Positions 54,525-64,000 of a stretch of 64,000 bases of DNA are shown here, piece after piece. Within the stretch, counting starts at the first letter, position 1, and every line of letters starts with the position of its first letter. A program made the position numbers and the translations under genes. Source of the DNA: Eledone cirrhosa (taxonomy: Eukaryota). The notes beneath the pieces were generated by a model. The model saw only the letters and a program-made list of their open reading frames with translations. It had not been told where the DNA came from and ran no database searches. The stretch lies in assembly GCA_964016885.1 (NCBI GenBank), contig CAXHJY010001446.1, positions 1-64,000 of the forward strand, written 5' to 3'.

Positions 54525-54708
54525 GATTGGCAGTATGGGTAGAGGGTCAGACACCATGCTTTGACGCATAGAGTTACGGCCCTTTCCATTCTGAGTTCAA
54601 ATCCCGCCGAGGTCAACTTTGCCTTTCATCCTTACGGGGTCGATAAAATAAAGTACCAGTAATGTACTGGGTGATTGCTGGCCTTGTGCCAAAAGTAGAA
54701 GCAATTAT
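54525..54708 (+). mobile_element. SINE family C
   Basis: Matches the family consensus. Confidence 0.85.
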
Positions 54709-54733
54709 ATATATATATATATATATCATAAAT

Positions 54734-54897
54734 GTTTAATATAGAAATGGCTTCTACAGGACTAGAACTGTTTCATTCATTTCTTTTGAATGAAACAGTT
54801 CTAATCCTGTAGAAGCCATTTCTATATTAAACTTGTTTACACTCCACTAATGCATTGAGTAGCTAACTGTGGTTACCTCCGATTGAACCCCGGACTC
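54734..54897 (+). mobile_element. Fold-back family E with tail
   Basis: Arms 54734-54779 / 54787-54832, then ACTC-N10-TTGAGTAG. Confidence 0.8.
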
Positions 54898-54903
54898 ACA
54901 CAC

Positions 54904-54947
<44 letters not shown>

Positions 54948-57900
54948 CGGTGTATAGAAATAAGGAGGTATGAGGTGTTTTATAAACAGGTCTACAAATT
55001 CAGATTTTGTAATCTTGTGTGTTGCGGTTGATAATAATTTCAATGATAGAAAGCTACTAAAGAAACAGTCATTTATAGCTACATAATACTTGACTAATAC
55101 CGCAAGGTGTTGTGTGAGCCGCTCTACCGATATTCCCAGTCACATAATAAAACTCATGTACATAGACCGAAGGAAACAGATTATTTGTAATGTGTCAGAT
55201 AACATCATATATAAAGATTTATTTTCATCAATATAGATTTCATTTGCCACAAGGGCAATTTTTATATTTTCATCAATAAAACTACTTTCATAGCAAACCA
55301 AAAGAGAAAAAAATAATAATAATTAACAAAAAATCTAGTAACGTATTAATAGTTACATAAAATAACTTTCAGCTGATCAAATATTTCTTGTTAGACACAT
55401 TCGATTTTTGTTGATGAACTTTCTGTGTCCTTCGGTAAATTCTGAGTTATTTTCATACCTATATATTTTATACTGAGCGTCTTTTGTGTTTTATAATTAT
55501 TTTCTTTTACGTAATGTTTTTTTTTTCTTCTTTATTGTTATTTTCCTTTGTTTTGTATCTTGAGAAAATAGTGAACTAGCGGCTTTTGTAATGTCGATAA
55601 CTTTCTATTTCTGCAATATCAATTTACGTGTGTGACCCGTCAGGCAATGTCACCCTACCCCCACTGGTTCAGACAAGAACAAGTCTACCAAAATTTCAAT
55701 TAATTGATTATTATGGTCTACTGTGCTTGCTGTATTTAAATTTTAATTAACCACAGCAGGCTTTTGTCCATTAATTGTGTGCATAATCTCACTTAATTGA
55801 GATACAACCGTATTATATTTAAAGATGGCTATCGTAAGCTAACATCCTTCAGCCGTATTGCTGATATTCACAGCTACTATCCCTACATTAAATCTATTTA
55901 ATCTATAACTACGGGTCGTTCGTATATGTTGCCAAATGACAAATTCTAATCAAACCAGTATATGCTAGGTATTTTCAATAGTTGGATTAAAGTCTATATT
56001 ACCAACATAATATTGCGTATTTTCCAAAATTTCAATTAATTGGTTTTGAATGAATTGTCTACCTTGATTGTTGTTTTCGATGTCAAAGAAACCAGCCGTA
56101 GTTGGTATCTAATTACATGGATACGTTTTTCAACTCATTATATTATACATACGAGATTCTACTCTATTCGTATTTAGAAAGAAAAAATGTTTTGCAGTGA
56201 ATTTTCTCCTCATCAAAATTGAAGTTGTACCAAACTACAACCCACGTAAATATATCTCAGTACTCATCCACACACACAGACATTTATATATAGACATTTT
56301 TATACACACAAATACATATAAGTATATATATATACTCACACATAGGTATTTATGCATGAGTGTATGTACATGTATGCATGGATTTATATTGAATTTTATG
56401 TATTTGTATCTTACAGCGAGTATATATATGCGATTGTGCTTGGTGGGTATATGTTTGAAGTTTGGACATGTCCATACCCGTGTGTGCATGTGTTTAAACC
56501 GTGTAACCTTTGATCAGTACAAAGAAGATGAAAAGTATACAATCTCGATGTTAAACAACCGGCAGTTAGAAATATCTGAAATAGTTGAGAGTTTTTGTCC
56601 ATTTAACTTCACGGTGCATACGATGGAGATACGGTGAATAGTAAGAATCTACATAGCTTAAGGCATATCAATATAATGTGTGTAAATATATAGACACGTA
56701 TTTATATATACATGCAGATATGTGTATGTATATGTCTGCGTATGTGTATTGTTAGGTGTGTGCCGATGTATGTATATATATATTTATATACATGTGTGCA
56801 TGCATATATATTATATGTTTAATTATATATGCATGCTTATATATATATATAGAGAGAGAGATACAACCACATATACATGTGTGTGTGAGTGCGTGTCTAA
56901 GGTGGTAGTTCAATTAAAAAATTGAATGAAAGAAGATTTGTGAGAGAGTGAAACTTAAACAGGAAAAACAGTAGATTAGCTCGGAAGAAAAACCAATGTA
57001 TTCTAATGTGGTGTTTTTTTTTGTATAAATAGTCACTGCTATTATAAACATAGGTATATTACTATATATATATATATGTGTGTGTGTGGTGACATGAAAC
57101 AAAATCTGCTACAAATATTGATGTATACAAAATACACATAATTTAAAATGGTGATATAACAGCATGCTTAAAATTCAAATGAAGGCAAAATTCATAGACA
57201 GGTTAAACCTTATTTTAACTAAAATGTTGTATGTCTATAAGTATATAGGTAATTCTCTTTTACCCTCTCAAGAAACATTTAAAGAATTCTTTATTAAATT
57301 ATTAGATATATAATTAACAAAACAGAGATCCAATCCATAGCGACACCTTCCTTCAAGACTATTGTCAGTACCAGCCATTAAGATTTCTCAGAATCTTCAT
57401 TAATCTTTTGGTAGAATTTGTCCGCATGTGCAAACAATCTCATCTTAAGCATACAATAGCTTCAGAGAGAGAGCTTTATATTTCTATACTATAAAGATGT
57501 AAATTTGAGCATCATTCACTGAAAACTTGTTGTATCAAGTGAAATTTAGTTATATATAAATATATTATATAAGAAATAGATTGAAAACTACTCCCATATA
57601 AATATAATACACACCTCGGAATTTATATAAAAAGATAGTTTCAATATTTAAAACTTTGTGTGTCTGTATTTCAGTAGTCATGTGTGTGTTTCTGTACACA
57701 TGGATATATTTCGCATGTTTTAAAAATTCAAAACTGAATACAAGCAACATCTCGTCTCTTTTATTTCTTTGGCCACAAAACATTTCAACACAGTTCCATA
57801 TAGCTGCAAGTCATAGCCACAATATGCCAGGAGATATTGTCAGAAAATTATATTTTACTTGTGTTTTATCTCTAGACAATATCACTGTTGCCGTAAGCCA

Positions 57901-59453
57901 TTTTCTAATTAATTGCTATATTGCTCTCTAATGTTTTTTTGTGTCTGTTTAACTGCTAACATTCTTGTTGCGATCGTCTTTATCGTTGTCCTCGCCAGCA
58001 CTTCTTCTTCTTCTTCCACTTATTCCCGAGAGGGTCGTGAGGGGACAGAGTTCTCAAACACTCCTTCCAACGAGTCTTGTCAGAAGCAACCGTTTCCAAC
58101 TGATCCGGCTTGATCCCCCCAGCGAGTCTAACCGAGTTCATGACTGTTATCCGACCATCTTGTTCGTGGATCTACTCCTGTTGGTTGATAACAGATTCAC
58201 ATCGAATTAAATTCAGATTTACCCCCCCCCCCCCGGGGACTAACTAAATGTAAAGACTGTGCTTCGGGCAAGTTTCGTAGAACATCTTCCTTCCATTAGG
58301 AATATGGTTCCACGGTAAAAATCCGACTTTTCTTGGACGATATTTGGAAATCATAGATCTTGTCCATTTTAATAACAAAAATATCGATCTATGTGATATA
58401 TACACACATTTTAACTCTCTATATCCTCCATATACTCATAAACAACTTTTTCAAAATTGTATCTTTATATTTAACACGCACTTGTCGAAACTGTCTGGCC
58501 ACTTCACAAAATTCCTTCTAAATCATCGCCACCACCAGCCCCACCACCATCACTTTTCAATATTTGTCTGGCCGAAGTCTATTTATAGATTATGACCACA
58601 AATGTCCCAAATCTTTTTCTTGATAGAAGTAATAGTAGTAGTGTTAGTTGTAGCAGTAGTAGTTGTAGTAGTCGCAGTAAGAGTGCACAGCAATTTATCA
58701 TTTTGACAAAGAACAATAATAATAATATTCAATGCTCAAGATCTTCATATCATGTCTATAGCTAAATTGGCACACTTTCTAATACATACATACATATACA
58801 TAATATAGACATACATATCCCCCCCCCCCCCACCCCACCATATATATATGTGTGTGTGTGTGTGAAATGAACGCACAGAAACACACACAAAAGGATATAT
58901 ACATATTTTACAATCATAGAGTTGTATTATCTTTAACATTTCGGGGATCGAATTTTGGCAAAGACAGGACAAATATTTCCAAAATGTTTGTAAAACCAAC
59001 TCTGATTTGAGGAAGTTAAGTAGGAATTGATTATGATTTTAATGCCTCCTAATAATCTATTCTCTATTTCACAACTTCAGCTAATTATATCGATCCACGT
59101 CTGCACAGACGTATCTTGTTCATCTTCCAGAATATTTGATTGTCTTTTGTTTTGTTTTTATGTGTTTGTCATTTTTGTTTGTTTATATTTCCTCAACCTC
59201 TTAACATGAGCCGACATGGTTGCCGCTACATGAGCGTCGCTACATGGCCCTCTTCCTGATAGTTTCTTTTAATTTATTGCCTTTATATCTGTTTTTCTTT
59301 TACTACTGTTTCTTACCACAAAACACTGGAGGTTCTAGTTTATACCCAACTATTAAACGTGTCTTCGTTTCTGGTCACAGATCTCTGAGTATAAATCCTG
59401 CAGAGTTTAACTTTAATTTCCAGACTTTCGGGGTTGATTTGTTTCTTCTCCTC

Positions 59454-59665
59454 GTGAAGGCGCGCGGCTTCGTTGTTAGAGAGTTGGAATTCGTAATCTT
59501 GTGTTCGATTCTTGGATCTGGCGGTGCGTTATGTCCTTGAATATGAGAAACACTCCCACACCCCCGCGCCTTTTTTTTTTTTTTTTTTTTTTTTTTTACA
59601 GTGGTTGCGACCGATATATAGTATTGAGAAGACCAATTGAAACATTGTTTCCTTGGTCAGATTTA
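59454..59665 (+). mobile_element. SINE family B, diverged
   Basis: Head and 3' GTTGCGACCGATA...AAGACCAA..GAAACATTGTT match family B. Confidence 0.65.
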
Positions 59666-60007
59666 ATGAGTTCCACTTCACTCGGTCCACGAATGAGGTC
59701 TGGGATCTTCCCCCCTCTCTCTCTCAACTGTCAAGAGGTAAATTTCGGTAGGGTGTGTGATTTAATGGAGTGTTTGTTTGTGACGATGATGTATGCTTAA
59801 TGAAGCAATATAGTTGAATACAGCACAGTCCAATAATTATTCTGTCTGTCTGTCTCAAGCACAGAAGACAGAATTCAATCTGGTATCTTGTTCCTCACCC
59901 CACAACAACTATATTGTAAAAAAGAAACAACAGGCCTTCTGCCTTAATCAGAAACCATTATTTTCAATTAAAATTACGTCAAGGCAAAGGTAACAAAAAA
60001 GGTAGAT

Positions 60008-60101
60008 GCACCGTATTACATTGTACTGCACTGCACTGGACTGTATTGCACTGGACTGTAATGGACTGCATTGCACCATTATGCACTGTACTGCACTGGA
60101 C
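60008..60101. repeat. Pentamer repeat (CTGCA/CTGGA/CTGTA)
   Basis: Read directly. Confidence 0.85.
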
Positions 60102-60774
60102 CAGGTGGAAAATAAAGTAAATTGTGAAATAATGGAAGCTTTTGTAGCAGGAATTGAGAATAGATTGGCTGAGAGCCACGGTAAAAGTGGAATAGTAGAA
60201 GAAAAGCCAGATTGACGTATTGTAGTGATGCCAGAGGCGAAAATAGTAAATTGTCGTTACTTGATATTATTGGATGTATTAAATAATTTCTGAAGCTGGC
60301 TTTCATCATCATATACAGAGTGGAAAGAAGTGTGTTTTATACATACATATATGTATGTATGTGTGTGTGTGTGTATATATATGTAGGTAGAATGTTGTGT
60401 CTAGGAATGTCATACATATATTGTGTGTGTTAAGAGTGAGAAATAGACGGAACATTGATGAAGAGAGAGAGTAGTAGTGTATAGAAGAGAAATATATAGC
60501 AACGGGTTTGAAGGAAGAAGAAAGATATGTGTGAGAGAGAGACTAGGTGTGAGAATATTAATGTGAAAGAGAAGAAAACGATGATCAAAGAAATACGTTA
60601 GAGGTAGTGGTGGGCGTGGTGAGAGAGAGAGAAGGGAGGTGGAGTGTAACTTAATTAAAAATAGAAATATATATTAATTATTCGATGGACGGGGAGGGAT
60701 GAATGATTAGGTGGATGTTAGCAGATATTGATAGATCGGTATAGGTTGAAACCCTCCCAAATATAGAGTAGAGC

Positions 60775-60840
<66 letters not shown>

Positions 60841-60867
60841 GTATATATATATATATATATATGTGTG

Positions 60868-60934
<67 letters not shown>

Positions 60935-60983
60935 GTATATATATATGTATATATGTATATATATATATATGTATATATATATG

Positions 60984-61020
<37 letters not shown>

Positions 61021-61028
61021 GTGTATAT

Positions 61029-61068
<40 letters not shown>

Positions 61069-61184
61069 TATGATTCCAGTTCCTCAGTGAAATAACAACC
61101 CAACCAGGAACTGGGCATATCAGAGTATCGACAATATTATACACCTCAACAACATATGTACTTGTCTATACCATACTAATTCAA

Positions 61185-61239
61185 ACTGCCTGAAGAGGTC
61201 ACAGCCAAAGATGGCTGTCACTGAAATATATATAGCAGT
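61185..61239 (+). ncRNA. Minimal type-I hammerhead ribozyme with intact core
   Basis: actgc-CTGAAGA-ggtcacagcca(aaga)tggctgtcact-GAAA-T-ATAT-A-TA-gcagt. Confidence 0.82.
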
Positions 61240-61284
61240 AATAAACGAAGCTAAATTTAAAACATTTGACTTTTTATTTAACTT

Positions 61285-61335
<51 letters not shown>

Positions 61336-61348
61336 TATATACATATAC

Positions 61349-61379
<31 letters not shown>

Positions 61380-61394
61380 CATATATATATATGT

Positions 61395-63390
61395 ATAACT
61401 TTGAATAACTTTGAAATGTTTTGGCCAGTATTGGCCCAGGCCATGTCTAACTTAATAGCACCACCTGGCGAAGTCTTTCAATTCAGGATTTGGGCACCAT
61501 GGCCCATTCGAGAAGAGAATTACTGTTTGCGGAGACATATCCGGGTGTGGGTGGTTTGTCCGGGATTACTTGGAGGAATTTGTCCAAAGACTTCTTGAAT
61601 TTTGTGTGGTCAGTTTCTGTTTTGACGTGTCCTGGTGTGATGTTGAAGAGAGCAGGGCCGATTGAGGTGAAATAATTGTGCCGTATTGTTGTTATGAGTT
61701 GCGATTTAGATTTTTGAATGGGACGGATAGCACGGGGCCCAAGCCTTGGGTGTATCTTGAAGGCGATGCCAACATCATTTGGGCAGTGATGATGGAACAT
61801 TTTCCACATCATGCAGATAATATAACGCTCACGGCGACGTTGGAGTGAGTAAAGTTTCAGGTTTTCCAATCGACCCCAGTAGTCAAGGTCTGACATGCCA
61901 TCTATCTTTTTCGTGATTGCCCTTTGAGGAGCTTCAAGTTTCATGATACTTTGTTTCGTGTGGGGAGACCACAGTGGACAACAGTATTCAAGGTGTGGTC
62001 GGGCGAAAGTAGAGAAGAGAAGGATAATGGTGCGGGAATCTCTCGACTGGAAGGTTCTGAGGATCCAGGAACACATTCTGCGGGCCATGTCAACTTTGCT
62101 GCTTATATGCGTGGTCCAGCTTATGTTGCTGTCCACGGTTACTCCCAAGTCTCTGATGTTGTTAGATGCCACGAGAGTTTCCCCGGAGGGAAGGGAGTAC
62201 GGGAGTTTCAGAGCATCCTCTTTTCCAAAGTGGATCAGTTCGAATTTGTCTTCGTTCAGTAACATGTTGTTCTTTTCTGCCCATTGGGTAACAGCCAGTA
62301 GGTCTGACTGAAGGCTTATCCGGTCATCCACGCCATTGATGACCTTTTGGAGCTTGGAATCATCAGCGAAAATTTTAATGTTGCTGTGTTTGATGATGTC
62401 AGTGATGTCATTAATATAGATGATGAAGAGAAGTGGGCCCAACACAGTGCCTTGTGGGACTCCACTACTGACTTTGGCTGGGCTTGATTTGACTCCCTCA
62501 ACTACAACATGTTGGGTTCTGTTTGACAGGAAGCTCTTGATCCACTGCAGCAGCTTTCCAGTGACACCAATATTGGACAGCTTTCTCAGTAGAATGTTAT
62601 GATCAACCCTGTCAAAGGCCTTGCTGAAATCAAGGTAGATAACATCAGTGTTGGAACCCTCTCCCAAGGCTCTCAAAATGTCATCAAAGTGATGCAGTAG
62701 TTGCGTCAGGCAATCCCTTCCATTACGGAATCCATGCTGGTTGGAGTTCAGCATATTGTTACTCTCAAGGAAGTGGGTCATTCGCGATCTCACCACTCGC
62801 TCAAATACCTTAATGATATGAGAGGTGAGTGAGATTGGACGGTAATTCACGGCAAGGGATTTGTTTCCCTTTTTGAAAACTGGGACAACAGACTGGGATA
62901 GAAGGTTTTCTGGCACATATCCAGCATCCAGTGAGTTCCGCCACAGATTGGCAAGAGGAGAAGCAAGTTGGTGTTGACACGCCTTCAAGACACAAGCAGG
63001 GAACCTATCGGGACCTACTGCTGAATTATGCTTGATTTCCTTTATTGCCGCTAAGACATCAGGGGCGCCAAACGTTATGTCCGATAAGGTGTAATGGGGA
63101 GTAACATCGCCGATACAGCCCAGATCGGCCATATCAGGATTGCTGAAAACAGAGCAGTATTGTTTCTGCAGTATCTCACCCATGGTTTTAGCATTGTCTT
63201 GAAGAGTGCCATTTTCATCAATTAGAGGGCCAACAGTAGAGCCAGTGATTTTGTGTTTTTTTGCAAATGAAAAGAACACTTTGGGATTGAGTTTGATCTT
63301 CTCAATGGCCCAGGCCTCTTCAGCTCTTCTCTGATTGTTGATGAGGGACATTATGTTGTTTTGGAGGTTATGTTTTTTAATCTCTAGTGA
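61395..63390 (-). mobile_element. 5'-truncated CR1-type LINE
   Basis: ORF2 RT, ~90 bp 3' UTR and short tandem tail AAAGTTATTC-AAAGTTATAC; flanked by TA-rich microsatellite. Confidence 0.92.
61483..63390 (-). CDS. CR1-type ORF2 reverse transcriptase, 5'-truncated and lacking the endonuclease
   Basis: ~635 uninterrupted codons with [54 protein letters not shown]. Confidence 0.93.
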   Translation of the reverse strand, partial: SLEIKKHNLQNNIMSLINNQRRAEEAWAIEKIKLNPKVFFSFAKKHKITGSTVGPLIDENGTLQDNAKTMGEILQKQYCSVFSNPDMADLGCIGDVTPHYTLSDITFGAPDVLAAIKEIKHNSAVGPDRFPACVLKACQHQLASPLANLWRNSLDAGYVPENLLSQSVVPVFKKGNKSLAVNYRPISLTSHIIKVFERVVRSRMTHFLESNNMLNSNQHGFRNGRDCLTQLLHHFDDILRALGEGSNTDVIYLDFSKAFDRVDHNILLRKLSNIGVTGKLLQWIKSFLSNRTQHVVVEGVKSSPAKVSSGVPQGTVLGPLLFIIYINDITDIIKHSNIKIFADDSKLQKVINGVDDRISLQSDLLAVTQWAEKNNMLLNEDKFELIHFGKEDALKLPYSLPSGETLVASNNIRDLGVTVDSNISWTTHISSKVDMARRMCSWILRTFQSRDSRTIILLFSTFARPHLEYCCPLWSPHTKQSIMKLEAPQRAITKKIDGMSDLDYWGRLENLKLYSLQRRRERYIICMMWKMFHHHCPNDVGIAFKIHPRLGPRAIRPIQKSKSQLITTIRHNYFTSIGPALFNITPGHVKTETDHTKFKKSLDKFLQVIPDKPPTPGYVSANSNSLLEWAMVPKS

Positions 63391-63397
63391 TATATAT

Positions 63398-63444
<47 letters not shown>

Positions 63445-63459
63445 CACATATATATATAT

Positions 63460-63498
<39 letters not shown>

Positions 63499-63521
63499 TA
63501 TATATATACATATATATATAT

Positions 63522-63558
<37 letters not shown>

Positions 63559-63583
63559 TATATATATATACATATATATATAT

Positions 63584-63670
<87 letters not shown>

Positions 63671-63859
63671 CATATATATATATAAACATATATATATATA
63701 CATATATATATATATAAACATATATATACATATATATATACATATATATATATACATATATATACATATATATATATACATATATATACATATATATACA
63801 TATATATATATACATATATATATATACATATACATATATATATATATACATATATATAC

Positions 63860-63904
<45 letters not shown>

Positions 63905-64000
63905 CATATATATATACATATATAAACATATATATACATATATATATACATATATATATATACATATATATACATATATATATATACATATATATACATA
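63391..64000. repeat. (TA)n/(TATACA) microsatellite
   Basis: Read directly; one of dozens in the window. Confidence 0.95.

Overview
This is very AT-rich eukaryotic DNA packed with (TA)n/(CA)n/(GA)n microsatellites and transposon remnants. The SINE and LINE repertoire suggests an octopod cephalopod, which is inferred from recalled family sequences and not checked. I found no convincing host exon, so the window is probably intronic or intergenic, and almost all ORFs in the track are microsatellite artefacts. The real coding remnants are retroelements: an uninterrupted 5'-truncated CR1-type RT (61.4-63.4 kb), two RTE copies (one with a PHD finger inside the RT), Tx1 and R4/Dong fragments, and two Penelope-like (PLE) GIY-YIG fragments. 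Three SINE families and Tc1/mariner-type MITEs are also present. The most striking signal is a set of short fold-back elements from several distinct families, built from two divergent PLE-type 3' ends. Several carry minimal type-I hammerhead ribozymes. Most share an ACTC-N10-16-TTGAGTRC motif, and the shorter inverted arm repeatedly stops 5-8 nt from it.
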